From Leptogorgia sarmentosa (lineage: Eukaryota): a DNA stretch of 64,000 bases. Numbering within the stretch: position 1 is the first letter of the stretch; each line of letters starts with the position of its first letter. Shown in pieces: positions 36,007 to 49,245 of the stretch. The notes below the pieces were generated by a model. That model had not been told where the DNA came from. It saw only the letters and a list, made by a program, of their open reading frames with translations, and made no database searches. The position numbers and the translations under genes are program-made. Where the stretch lies: contig OZ210885.1 of NCBI GenBank assembly GCA_964658305.1, forward strand, positions 6,572,001 to 6,636,000. The letters are read 5' to 3'.

Positions 36007-36370
36007 GCATCAAAGAAAAGAGTAAAACAGGAATTGTCAGTTTCACAAACATCAGCTGGAATTTTGGAAAAGGCAGCGGATATTAAGAAATGATGAGAGC
36101 ATACAAGCAAATATTTATGGCAAGTACTGTGTAACGATAGAAGCAGGATACCACAAACGGTGTTACCAGAGGTATACAAAATGCCTTTCGAGTAAACAAA
36201 GAGATCCTGGTCCAACCGTGTATGATAGAGCTTTTGAACAATTCTGCAGACAAATAAATGATCAAGGCATCATTTAGCATTGGCCTTTTGAACACCTTTA
36301 TCAGCTGTATGCAGAAAATAGAGAACATTGACATTTAGGCTGCCAGACTTAAAACTAGAATAGAATGAAC
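36007..36370 (+). pseudogene. Academ(X)-like transposase N-terminal fragment (not in ORF track)
   Basis: LEKAADIK / DESIQANIYGKYCVTIEAGYHKRCYQRYTK..YDRAFEQFC. Confidence 0.5.
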
Positions 36371-36618
36371 TGAACACAAAGTTAAAAAAATGTCTACCAT
36401 TACTAGATAAAATCACTAAATTAAAATTAAATACAATCGTTGCATAAACTACAAGCACTCTGCTTACAAAATTCAAACATTTCAACCGAACTAATGCACT
36501 ATAAAACTACTTTTACTCAATGATTACCGATAATTAAGTATAGCTCAGTGATTGTAATATATAATATAAATATGGCTGCCCTAACTATTTTCACGATCAC
36601 GCATGCGTGACGCGACGA

Positions 36619-37368
36619 CAGTGAACTCTATATATATATATATCTGGAACGATAACATTCAGTCATTCAATGCGAAAAACGTGAAGCCTCGGTACTAGTC
36701 TTTTACGCGGTTTGGACGTCAGCCTCAGTCCCTCAAACGTCAAGTTTACGCGGTTTGGACGTCAGTTTCATTCCCCCTCTGCAAACCGTTACGCGGCCAG
36801 TATAAATGCGAACGCAATCAAGAAAAAAACATTTAAAAAATATCGCCAACGCAATGCAATACATTGTAGGAACAAACTGTTTTGCTCCTAAAATTTATCG
36901 CATTGCGTTCGCTGTCAGAAAAAGAAAGATAACCGATTCAGACGGTTTTTCTTTGTAAACCATAGCAGTATTTATTAGTATATAAATATTATAAGGTTGG
37001 CAAGTAAACAATAATGTGACTTACTACGGCTTATACTAAAACAAGTCGAAAAAATCAACGTCTTGCCAACAAACGTCGCTAAAAATTGCAGCCCCTACTT
37101 CTAGGTTAGTGTTACTAAATACATACAACGTTGAACGTTTTTTGGCAACAAAACGAGTGAAAAAGTCGAAAAAATACGAAAAATTTCTTTCAATTTGCCG
37201 TGTCTCGATGCTGGATGCCTTCTGACATCGCTGACGCGATCTTTTGTCGGTTTATTTATAACGAAGACAATGACGAAGACAATGACGAACACTTCTGTCG
37301 TGATACTTTTGTTGGCTTCACTTTTCGCTCTATGTTATCGTTCCAGATATAATATATAGAGTTCACTG
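36619..37368. mobile_element. 750-bp non-autonomous DNA transposon, 8-bp TSD
   Basis: TIR cagtgaactc(ta)n tctggaacgataacat; TSD cgcgacga at 36611-36618 and 37369-37376. Confidence 0.9.
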
Positions 37369-38297
37369 CGCGACGAGTACGAACAAATTCACGTCCGTTT
37401 CCGACTATTTACGACGAAAATTACGCAAATTTACTAAATTTATAAACAAAGCCTTCGTTCAGAATTCAGAGCCTTCAATTTTAGGGTGCCTCACGAGATC
37501 TATCCACCAGTTTACACACTAATATTGTCACTGCCATTTATATTCCTTTATCTGCTTTGTTAATGAGTATCGAACAAAATGTATTCATGAAATACAGGAA
37601 GATACTAAACTTTGATTGTATTCAAGTAAATGCAATCACCCATAATTGAGACTCGAATAAGGCAGAGTAAATCAGAACATTTTTCTGACGTTTATATTTT
37701 ACACCTGATGTACGATATCAATGACCTAATTGGGAAATTTGATAATTACTTATATTTTCTAATACAGAGACTAAACAGTAATATTGTATTGGCTTTTTCA
37801 TGTTGCATTAAACAACATGAAATTGGTTACTTTTTATTTTAAAACCCAATAGATTGATGTTTGAACACACAAATGCATCCAACGTTACTTGTAAATAAAT
37901 GATAGTGCCCTTTAATAAATGAATTGTGAACATATAGATGACTGCTACTAAAGGCTCGTTGGTCGTATAATACAGAAATCAGCATTACATGGTTAGCAAT
38001 AGGAGGCTGGTGTATGGTGGCCCATCAGTATCATGATAATTTTAGGGTGCATTTTGTTTTGTAATTGAATTTAGTTGTAATTTGTTTTCAATAATAATTT
38101 ATTTTGTATTTCATTCACTTTTTAGATTTAAATTTAAACCTGATTTCAAATAAATATTTTTTTAATTTTCGTTTGAGGACCAACATGTCCAAAGAGAAAA
38201 AAAAATTTAAATTACATGTGGCCCATCAGTATCATACGGTGGCCCATATGTGCAATACGAAAATATTAATTTGAACACACATATATATAAATTTCCG

Positions 38298-38540
38298 TGC
38301 ACGACAAAGTTTTTCAGCACACAACAACGTTTTATCAGTGCACAACAATCTTTTCTCAGACTCAGTGCACAACAATATTTTTCTCAGTGCACAACAATAT
38401 TTTCTCAGTGCACAACAATATTTTTCTCATTGCACAACAATATTTTTCTCAGTACACAACAATATTTTTGTCAGTGCACAACAATAATTCTGTCACCGCA
38501 CAACAACATTTTTCATGCAGTGCACAGCAGTATTTTTGTC
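38298..38540. repeat. Degenerate 21-23 bp minisatellite cagtgcacaacaatatttttct, roughly 10 copies
   Basis: Read directly. Confidence 0.9.
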
Positions 38541-39493
38541 GATTCACTGATATTTTTGTCTAGTCGCTGATATTTTTGTCCCAACTTTCCCCACCATTTA
38601 CGCCCCGAGCATGCACTGGAAGCGCTACGGAACCCCACGAGCATTGCCTCCACTCATTGAACGCCTCCACGACCACTGGAGTTGATCCGCCACAGGGGCA
38701 GATCCAGCTAAAAATCTGACTGTAGGAAAGTTAGAAGACCTTGCCAAGCTAGGGGGGGCCGGGGGCATGCCCCCCCAGAAAATTTTTGAAATTTGAACCC
38801 CGGAAATGCCATTTCCTGCATTCTGAGCATCAAAGTCTACCTAAAATATGACCTTAACAAGGCCATTATTTTAGACAAAAAGAAACAAAAAACCTGCAAT
38901 AAAGGTTAAAATTTTAACAACTGCTCATACCATTTCCTTTAGTGAACTTCTAGAACATGTAACTCATAATCGGATACGGCAGGTAGAAAAACTCGTAATC
39001 GTCCATAAATGTTGTACTCCTCGCTAACATCTGTCGAATTGATAAATTCACCACATGAGAATCGTCCATGCAAAGTTACGTAAGCATCCGCCCGAAATCG
39101 AAAAAATATATTTTTGTGTTCGGGTAGCCCCACATGCTTTTACGGGGGCTTAAGAAAACCTATTCCCAACCCTCCTCCTTTCGCATCCGGGCTTGGGACC
39201 GGCAATGGCGTAGTTAAGGAGCATCTTGCACAAACCATAAGTTGAGGTGAGCACATCTTTTTGGAAAAGCGCAGTGTTTAACAGCAATTTAAACACACTT
39301 CGTTCAGCAACATACGTAAATGTCCTTGAAACGTTGTACAAATCATCTTGAAACACCAACACTACACGAAGGAGTCAACAATCTTGAATCATCAGCACGA
39401 TGACAGTTGTAAATCACCATTGGCATTATTCCTACTTCGACCTATCTTAGAGCAGCAGCATAAAGAGCGCATGAAAATGTTAATTTGCAAAAA

Positions 39494-39704
39494 ATCTTGA
39501 AACAGCAGCAGAAAGAAAGTTATATAAAATATTCACTGTAACCATCTGCAAACAGCAGCATGAAGAAAGTTATATAATTAAAATGTTCACTGTAACCATC
39601 TTGAAACAGCAGCACGAAGAAAGTTATATAATTAAAATGTTCACTGTAACCATCTTGAAACAGCAGCACGAAGAAAGTTATATAATTAAAATGTTCACTG
39701 TAAC
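39494..39704. repeat. 54-bp tandem repeat, about 4 copies
   Basis: catcttgaaacagcagcacgaagaaagttatataattaaaatgttcactgtaac. Confidence 0.92.
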
Positions 39705-39707
39705 ACA

Positions 39708-40880
39708 TATGGCATTGGAGGAGATGTTGTGATCAAAATGTGCGAAACTCTGCCAAAACATGTAGGTCACAAGGTATTTGCAGATAATTTTTTCACCTCC
39801 ATTCAGCTAATTGAGAAATTATCTGAAGATGGTTTTCTCTATACGGGAACTGTCCGAAAGCAACGTCTGGCCAAGTGCACCGTCTTAGATGAAAAATCCT
39901 TGGAGGTGAAAGGACGAGGTGCATATGACTTCAGAGTGGAATCAAGGACAAATATTGTCTGTGTTAGATGGCAAGATTCCTAAGCAGTCACTCTGATGTC
40001 AAATTGCGATGGCATCGAGCCTGTTGACAAAGCCCGCTGCTGGGACAAGATCAATAAAGAGTACACCATTGTTGATCGTCCTTACATTATCAAGGAATAC
40101 AACACCCACATGGGTGGTGTAGATATGCTTGATGTGCACATCGCCAGATACAAATATTCCGTACGAACCCGAAGATGGTATCTCTTGATCTTCTGGCATT
40201 TTATTACTATTGGGGTGATCAACGCATGGCTTCTATATAAGCGTGATTGCTCTTTGCTGGGAGTTGCTGCAAAGAGTGTGCTGAAACTATGTGCATTCCA
40301 GTCTAAAGTTGCACAGGCACTCATTGAATGCGAAACAAGGAAATCAAGTCGCAGATCATCTTCCTCTGAAGCGGAATCTTTGCCAAAACCACCAAAGATA
40401 ATCCGTGTTGAGCCATGCGAGGATGCACGTTTCGATCAAATTGCCCACTGGCCGGTTAAAAAAGAGAAACGTCGGCGCTGTGCAGTGTGCAAGGACTTAA
40501 AAACGGACACGTTTTGTGAAAAGTGTGATCTACCCCTGTGCTTTAACGAGCGCAGAAACTGCTACAAACTTTATCATATAAAGTAGCAAGCATTATATAG
40601 CAAGCATTAGTAAATCTATAATATTTTTTAGTGCCTTGGACATTGGCACCAAAATGTAGTTGTTCATGTTTATATAAATGTCATTTTTATCTATTTTTCT
40701 AGTGACAGTTTTTCTTAATGTAATACCCGGTGGGTCACATATGACCCGGGGCGTAAAATGGACCGAAATTGACAAAGATTTAAAAAACACAGTTTTATAG
40801 TTTCTTTAGCCCATTTTGTCATTATTTATACCAAAAATACAATTTTCCTTAAGCTTTAAGATATCTTGGGTTTCCTAGGG
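39708..40880 (+). mobile_element. piggyBac 3' half with right end
   Basis: VFADNFFTS, GTVRKQR, YNTHMGGVDMLD, RRCAVC..TFCEKCDLPLC..CYKLYH; palindrome gggtcacatatgaccc; terminus gggtttcctaggg. Confidence 0.92.
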
Positions 40881-42664
40881 TAAGATCTGAACAGAGATGC
40901 GCGAGTGGTGGCCGTCTTGTGAAGTTCCGACTTTTCAGAATGATCACTAAATCTTGACGTTGCTACATTCCAAGTTTTCAAAGGTAACTAAAACAATCTC
41001 TGAAGTTTAGAGGTGTTATGCATAATGGCACTTTCGGAACCAAACAACACGCAATTTAAGCAAAATGCCCCATTGAATTTTTCCGAGTACATCATACACG
41101 GGAAGATCTTTAGCCATCCATAGCAAAACTTTCTTTTATTTTCATCCATTGAAAATGGGTAAGTTTCAGATGGGCGCCAAACGTTGCAGAGGATGTCGTA
41201 TTTTTGCTGCTCAGTAAGTGGCCTATCGACGTAATTGCCAATGTCATTTGGAAAACGGGACTTCTCAGAATCTGGTTTCGTTTCTTTAGACACGGATAAA
41301 ACGCTGCCTTGTGAAGTCGGTTTGGTGGAAGTCGAAGATGAAGTGGATTCTTTCGAATTAGACGTCTTTGTGGTATCCACACATGAACTGCTACCTCCAG
41401 CTATTAGTTTCTGGCTCGGTGATTGCCCAGTCTCTTCGTCATCTTTTTCATCTAGTTTCCTCTTCTTTGGAAATAATGCCTCCAAAACAAGTTGTTTCAT
41501 CTTGGATTTCACAGAATCTGAAGAGTGCTGCTTGTTGAAGGAAGAGAAGTGGATGTACTAGAGGTACTGCCAGATGAGACTGCCGTGGTTTTATTTACTT
41601 CTGTCGAGTTGCTTTGAAGAATGCTTAAAGATATTGGTTTTGAAATAAATGATTCCATATCCCACGTTTCTAGAGAAGCATCTCTCGGCTGACAAAGGGC
41701 GACATAATGGTTCTTCCTTTCAGGAATCCTCGTGGTACTTAAATAACCAGCAGGCATTACAGTACAACGGAATAAATGGATCTTTTCACCAGAAGGAGTT
41801 GAATTTGATACCCAAGGAAAAATAGTGCAGTTAAACATTGTCGAAAGGGAATTGATTTCTTCTTGAGCACCACTTCGATTAACTGGCATAGGAAAGTAGG
41901 ACTCAATGGGAAGTTTTAGCACGCTTGACAATGCAAGGACACAAAAAAATGAGCTCCACTGATGGTTTACTGAAGTGTTGTATGCCTCCGCTCTAACAGA
42001 CTCCAATGGATCATCTTTCTTGTAGCTGGACATAGCAATTTCAGACAAACATGTGGAAAACGTGTTTGCAATGCAGGTAAATGTGCCTTTGTTATGCTGC
42101 GGCTCAAAAATCGGATGCGAAGCATGAAACAACGAATTTAAATAAAGCTCAATGCTTGTGAGACACCGCAGGTAAGCAGCTAGATCTTCAGTACCACACA
42201 GTGCAACTGAACAGGCATTAAACAAACAATTGCCATGTGCTGTAGTCCTAGAAATATTATAGTGTTACGAATGCTTCACTCACTTTCACGAACGTTTTTA
42301 TTTTTGACGTCTTCTTTCTAACTATCATACAGACTCATCCTTTTTTATATACACAACTTACAATATTTACATAATATACATAATTAACTACGGGAGTTTC
42401 TGTACATTGATTCTAAGCAACACAAATAACGAGAATGACAATAATGCACCTATGATTTGTTTCCAGTACCCAGGGGAGGGCAGGGAACAGTTGGGGATTT
42501 GGAAGGCTTTTGCCCAGATGGCAGGAAGTTGACAGATTTAACACTGATGGTCCTGAGGTTGGTAGGGTGACTGATCAATTGTGGCCCAGGTTAACTTCTG
42601 AAATGCCACTCGATCAGAACATGGCTGGGATGGTTGTAAATTGACACAAGAAAAGATAAAAATA

Positions 42665-42730
42665 GTGATGGTGAAGATCATGATGATGATGATGACGATG
42701 ATAGTAATAGTAATAATAACAATAATAATT
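42665..42730. repeat. (GAT)n/(AAT)n microsatellite
   Basis: Read directly. Confidence 0.85.
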
Positions 42731-43133
42731 CAATGATCACCTCGGGTTCTTTTGTTCTCGCCGGGTGGTTTAATCACGATATTCCCGGCTTTAGCAGGGA
42801 GATCTCTAAATCTCCCAGCGAGATTTCTAATTTCTTCCTGATTAAAATTCATCAGCCAAAATTGAAAGACATGACAAAGAGTTTTCTTAATACGTTTTAC
42901 ACAACAAACAAAATTATTCCCAAACAAATTTCCTACAATGGAAAATTGTTGAATACATCACTGATCATGCACTGTATTACACAATCGCCTTTCACTCACA
43001 ATCACACAAAAATTTCACACACAAAATTCATTTACAATCACAACAGGCTTTCCCTCGGGACTTTCACAAACATTCCTCAGTTTGCGGGAGATTTAATCAC
43101 TATATCCTTAAAAACCATTGTATTACTTATAAC

Positions 43134-43939
43134 AATGCTTTTGTTCTTCTTTTCAGCACCCGTCGACCAAACTTCGTTATATGTACTACGCCAGAGTTTT
43201 GGTTGGAGAATACACAAATGGAAATGCAGGTCTCCTTGTGGCTCCAAATAAAGGTACTGGCAACCGTTACGAAAAATATGACTCGGTGGTCAACAATATT
43301 AATGATATATACGCAAAAAAAAAAAGTTATGTTAATGTCCAGCTGTATGTATTAGTACAGTAATGCTTTTGTTCTTCTTTTCAGCAACGATCTTTGGCAG
43401 GGGAGTTTATTTTGCGAAAAATGAAAGCTATTCTTCCAGCAAACATACTCTCCGCCAGACCCGTCGACCGGACTTCGCTATATGTATTACGCCAGAGTTT
43501 TTAGTAATATATAGAAAATGTTCAGTGTAGATCATCTTGAGACAGCAACCCGAAGCATGTGGTTTGCACATGTGTCCATAGCCGGACTAAAAACGGACCT
43601 TATGCTCAGAGCCTTACGGGTTATCAAGATCGATCGTTCACAGGAAATGGTATAAAAAATAAAAGAATTATACGCAAAAGGTTCACACGGCCACGGCGAA
43701 TGTACTCTCAACTTGCAACTGCCCTTCGCTCACCAACACAGTTTTGTTGCACACACAGCTTTATTCTGATCGCCACGGAATGGTATACTAATGAGCTTTT
43801 TAGCGTTCACTGACAATAATGTTTCTTGCTTTTAAAGTTCCAGATTATTGGGATGACAATCTGGCAGAGGATGTATTTCACAAAATAAAGTTAACTCCCG
43901 GTAGTGACGAATACAAGAAAGTCGAAGATGCATTCAAAG
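43134..43939 (+). pseudogene. Three PARP catalytic-domain exon fragments in scrambled order (PARP12/14-like)
   Basis: RYMYYARVLVGEYTNG..YDSVVNN (43156-43305); FGRGVYFAKNESYS (43384-43500); VPDYWD..KLTPGSDEYKKVEDAF (43838-43939). Confidence 0.8.
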
Positions 43940-45905
43940 CAGGGTTGCCAGATTGGCCTCCTGGAGGCCAAATAACTCAAATTTGGCTTCTTTTGTTCTT
44001 GTTTGGCCTCGAGAAATAAACTTGGCTACTTTTTGGCCTCTTTTCATTCCCAAGAGCTATTTAAAATTTCAATAGGAAAAATGAGTTAGTTTTCAGGAAA
44101 TGGTAAAGAAACAAATCAAAGTTTTGACATGGCAACCATCAGACTGATCCATATAGGATAACCTGTTTGTAATTCACAAAATTCAGTTAATTGTTCTAGA
44201 ATCTAGAGAGTAGCGAGGATGTCAGGATGATACTAATGTCTTCGCAGACGTCCACCCTGAACCCCGAATAAATAAGTATAAATTATGCACCTGGAATATT
44301 TTACAAACATGGCTTCCAGTTCCAAATGGAAGTCATCGTATGATTGTGGCAGAAAATATAATAAAACATGGGAAAGCAAGTTTACTTGGCTATCCAAAGC
44401 ATCAGATGAAAGCGAGGATGGATTTTGTAAGTTGTGCCATACTTCAATAAAACCAAAACAATCAAATTTTACCAAACACGAGAAGAGCGAAAAACATGTG
44501 CAACGTCTAAAATCTCTGAAGTCAACGAAGAAAATTGAAGTCGTAAGGAACCCGACAGTCGCTGAAGAATTGAAAACTGTAGAAATTGAGATGGCTGTGG
44601 CAATGGCATGTCATTCTTCAATTTTATCTGTGGATCATCTCGGAGAGATTGTGGCTAGAAATGCAGAGGGAAGTAGTATTGCAAACATGAAAATGCATCG
44701 TACGAAATGCACAAAGATTCTTACCAACATAGTTGGTCCTGCGTTGAAGGAAGAATTGATAACCGAAGTGGAGGGGAAAAAATTTTCTCTTATCATCGAT
44801 GAGACAACGAACGTTTCAACAGCCAAGCAACTCTGCATCCTCATTCGCTATTATAGTAACGTAGAAAAGAAAATCGTCACTGCCTTCGTGGATCTTGTCA
44901 CAGTTGTTCATGCTGCTGCCGATGACCTATTCAATGCAATAAGAGATTGCCTCCGTGGAGTTGGCCTTGAGTTAGTTGACTGTGTTGGATATGCAAGCGA
45001 TCGTGCTTCGGTGATGGTGGGGCAACATGACTCGGTGTGGACTAGAATTGCGGCGGTCGCCCTGAATTGCATCAAATTGACTTGTGTCTGTCATTCACTG
45101 TCATTATGTATCCAGCATGCTTTTGAAAAGCTCCCGTCAAGTCTCGGATTCCTTCTCGCCGAAATTCCAAAGTGGTTTACAAAAAGCACGATAAGAAGAG
45201 ATGCCTGCAAGACGCTTTTCGATGTGATGAGCCCTGATACTGACCAACTGCCTCTGTTCGAGAAATACTCCGCGACGGCTTGTTAGAGGAAAGTTGATCT
45301 TCATACTTTTGACGAATTGGAACGAGTTACAAGCTTATTTCACCGTAGCCCAACCAGCGAGTACACAGCAAGCCCGTTACAACGCACGTACACTTCTGGA
45401 GATGCTCAAAGACCCTGTTCTTTATCTATATTTTCACTTCATGTCACCTTTGGTAACTGAATTCGAACGGATGAATGCATTTTTTCAAGCAACCAATGCT
45501 GATCCGGAAGAAATGATGGGAGAATTGGATGTGCATTACAAGTCTCTCCGTGGCAGGGTTTTCGACCCAGAAGGAAAGCAACTTTCAATCGACAAGGTTG
45601 ATTTCGGTGGGAAGTTCCTGTACGAAGTGACTAAATTCATTTCTTCACAAGAAGACAAGGCTATTGCTCAAGCTAAAGTTCTCGAAGTGAAGTTTCGTTG
45701 CTTAGATTTCCTGTTGGAAGCTGTGAGCCAGGTTGAGAAGCATTTACCAGCCACCAGAAACGTTTTTAAAGATCTAAGCGCACTTCATCCTACGAAAGTC
45801 TTGAACGCAGCAACAAGGGTCCCTGTACGTGAGTTGCCACTACCTCAATTACGCTTTGAAAAAATAGATGAGATCGAAGAGCAATATAGGAAGATCCTTC
45901 ACCGT
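43940..45905 (+). mobile_element. hAT transposon (ZNF862-like transposase), 3' truncated, frameshift near 45280
   Basis: Left terminus cagggttgccagattggcc; FCKLC..H..H finger, FSLIIDETTN, YASDRASVMVG, CVCHSLSL. Confidence 0.88.
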
Positions 45906-46250
45906 GACCATGGCATCATACCAGATCACGGTTAGTAGACCTAGGATGGTTAGGCTAGTGGCGAAACTTCAAAGGTGGCGGCGAATGATGTTGGGGATCA
46001 AAGGAAAAAAATATCACGTGACGAGATACGGGGGTGAGATGAGTGACCTTTGTAGGAAAAGATTAGCAGAATATCAGGTTACAGCTATCAGAAGTGTTTT
46101 TTTCTGACCATTCGAAGGTTTTTTACTGTAATGGAGGGCAATATAAAAGCAGAAGAGCTGCCGGAAGAATTTGAGATCAGTGAAACAAGTATTGACGAGA
46201 ATGAACATAGTTTATGACCGGGAAATGAAGGCGAACACGAAGACAATTCT

Positions 46251-47351
46251 ATGGCATATTCCGAGTGGCCATACCATCATTATGACGATTCATTTAACTT
46301 TGAGGTATATGTGGCTATTACCGAGGCTGAAACGGATGAGCTGACTTCAGAGTTTTCTGATGCACTGAAGGAAATTGATGGTGAGAAATCCTTTCCTTGT
46401 AGTTTATGCGACAAAGTTTGCAAGTCGAAAGGTGGTTTGACATGACATGCGAATTCAAAACACTCTGAGGGGTCCTCAGGAAGTCATCCTAACCTTTGTA
46501 AAGACGATGTTGATTCATTTGTCAAAGCAATCAAAGACACGATTATAGAGGAGAAACTTTATGGTGCAGAAATAATTTCAGGATTGGACACAGTATGTTC
46601 TACTGAAGCTTTGTTCCCTGCGTTGCTGCCAATCTACCAAACATTCTGTAGAAAGAAGAATCAAGACAAGCTTTTGCAATTATTTTATGGTTTAATCCCA
46701 CGCTCATGTGAACTACTGTCTTGTAAAGATTACAGAATAGCCAACTTAATAATGATTCATCTCCCAGAACGTTTAATAAAATTTTATAACAGCAGTAAAT
46801 CCTTGACTGAAAGCATACCAAAGGAACAGGCACAACTTGACCCAGCCGAGTATGGACCTGTCACTTATGTTACAGGGTATGTAATTGCAAAGCTCTACCA
46901 ACTAAGTAGAACCAAGAAAGGAGAAAACAGCCAGGAGCTACAGAAATTATTACAGAGCGTTAAAAGTTCAGAGCCCAACAACTACATTTCTGCTAGAACG
47001 AGAGGCGGCCTTGTTACACCTTGCAGGGACTTGCTAAAGATTGTAGAAATTGCAGAAATTTATTTCAGGAAACATGTTGACCAAAATGATATAGTTCTGA
47101 GAAATATTCCTCTTGAAACAATAGTAAACTTAACACTAAACTCACCCATTGTTAAATCCTTGTGGGATAATATTGTGTCAACAGAAGGTCAACTGTCCAG
47201 TTCCACACAGAAACTGTGCTTGGAAAATATCATTAAACTGTATATAAGAGTTCGTTCATTTTCGTATGCTAGAGATTTTATAACTAAATATAATATAAAA
47301 GCAAAGCAGCTAAAAAAGAAAGCCTTAAGGACAGATTTAAAGAGAAAGTGA
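46251..47351 (+). pseudogene. C2H2-finger protein with P-transposase C-terminal-like module; one in-frame stop at 46443
   Basis: FPCSLCDKVCKSKGGLT*HANSKH in frame with YVTGYVIAKL..RTRGGLVTP..IIKLYIRVRSFSYA. Confidence 0.65.
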
Positions 47352-47435
47352 TGCTGTCATCTTTACAATTGTAAATATTTCTCTGTATAATTTGAAAATT
47401 CAGTATCATCTATCGTCATCAAAGACATCAGATTA

Positions 47436-48915
47436 TCATTGTTTAGTAACCTTTTTCCGCTTGTGCACTGGTTCATCACTGACTTTATACCACCTTTGCT
47501 TTTCATATCTCCCCCCAACATTTCCCCGAATCACTGGTGCAATGTCTCTTTGAGCTGCAATTGTAAGGTCATTGTAGCCAAACTGCTGGGCTGTCGGGTT
47601 GTCCGATCTTCCTCCTTTGCTGCGTTGATGACCAAAGTAATCCTCCAGCACATCTTGCATGAATCTCTCAGACAAGACATACTGGAATCCTTGCTCCAAG
47701 AGAAATTTGATTGCTTCGACATGGGAAAAAGCTGAGATCTTAAACCCCTCGTATGTCTGCAATGACAAAAACATCTTGCCTCTGCTGTCTTCAGAGAATT
47801 CACCAGGACGTGTTGAGACACTCTCCTTCCAATCATCAAGGTACTTGATAAACTTTTCAAGCAACCAAGAAAACCGTTCATCTTCAGATGATGTATATGG
47901 CCTGATGAGTGGATTTCTTTTCCTGATATGTTTAGTGGTTGACCGAACATTAGTGCAGTCAAAGAAATCATTCATCATGCCACAAAACTTTGCAGTTTCC
48001 ACGACTTCTTCTTTCTCACTTTCCTGAAGGGCTATCATCACAGACTTACTGAGAACCTATATAGATATAGACAAAAAAACTACATTTAACCATTAGTGCA
48101 CACGACTTTCCCCTTGTCTGGTGTACAGTATGTTCGTCAGTCAAACCTAACTCGAAGTTTTTCTTTTCCACATGATGAAAGTGGTGCTTTACTTTTGGCT
48201 GGAAGAGCAGCAGATTTCGACTTCTTCCTACTGGACTTTTTGATTGCATTTAGTGCACCTGTACACAGCTTACAAGGTTTATCACAGTTTGTACTGTTTT
48301 CCTGCAGAAGTGAACAGGCTACTGACCTGAATGAAACCGATACTTCAAACACTGCTTCATTATTGGTTACTAATTTTGGAAGAGAATGGCAAATAATTGT
48401 TCCTGGCATTATCCACAGGATCCAACGCAATATCCTTAACCTCTGTAAGATCAGGTAATCCTTCGCATATTTGCGCAGATTCAATTGATCGTAAGAGTTC
48501 TCCAATATTTTCAGGTCTCACAGATCGAGCTCATTCTTGGTATATCGCGTGTTCGTCGGGGATAGGCCAATTATATACAAAAAGCGTAAACGTAAAACCA
48601 GAGTCTATAATTATGGTATACTTTGGAATTATGTGACAGCCATCGAGTAGTTCTAGCCTGAGCTCGCATTCATTTGTTTCATGTTCTACTTTCCAACTGC
48701 CAAGAACTTCGTCTTTTTGCATGCGTTTCCAGAACTTTTCCATCGAGAGTAAACCTTTCTTTAGACTGGTTGATGTGCCTTTTGATGTGCTAGGCTCGTC
48801 ATCAGTCGAAGATCTCACTAAAACGCGACGCTTTTTAGTCTCAACTTCGTGACTCTTTGTTGGCAAGTTCTCCGTAGGAACGCTACCAGTGGCAAGAACC
48901 TTTCTTTTGGGATCT
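47436..48915 (-). pseudogene. P-element-like (THAP9-type) transposase, internally deleted
   Basis: ETAKFCGMMNDFFDCTN, YVLSERFMQDVLEDYFGHQRSKGGRSDNPT; upstream GSVPT THAP tail near 48880. Confidence 0.88.
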
Positions 48916-49199
48916 TAAAAAATAAAACAACTCTACATTATCATTTACAATCAATGACACGTATGACGTATCAGTGCACATGAATAATACATAATGCTTA
49001 GACTAAAACACAAACGAATAATATTATAATTACTTACGGGATTATAATTACTTACAAATATGCGATTTCGACCAATGATATTTAATAGACTCATACTCGT
49101 TTTACTCAAAATGGTACAAAAAACTTGTCGTTCAACAGCTAATAACTTGCTCTTTATGACCATATAAAAATTACGTTCATACACCTAGCAAATAGCACT

Positions 49200-49245
49200 C
49201 AGTGGCATGTCAAAGTTGGATTACCTTTTTTTGAGACACCCTGTA
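49200..49245. mobile_element. Tc1/mariner-type terminus
   Basis: Reverse complement tacagggtgtctcaaaaaaggtaatccaactttgacatgcca matches 16525 onward. Confidence 0.6.

Larger units (their letters stand above)
38693..42247 (-). mobile_element. OTU-hAT family copy A (internally deleted, interrupted by piggyBac)
   Basis: Terminus caggggcagatccag at 38693; 38850-38995 matches reverse complement of 57050-57178; coding 42247-40900: TTAHGNCLFNACS..LRCLTSIEL..NHYVAL then TTF finger (WLKIFP..YSEKFNGAFCLNCVLF). Confidence 0.75.

Noticed and set aside
38250..38570. ORFs or CRISPR in the 21-23 bp repeats
   Set aside because: Degenerate minisatellite without unique spacers.
42733..43251. 172-aa ORF
   Set aside because: No domain signal, and it overlaps the PARP exon out of frame.
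16525..49245. One giant 33-kb Tc1-like element bounded by inverted termini
   Set aside because: The BEL sequence does not resume after 49245 and the interior is unrelated debris; two independent MITE ends are more likely.
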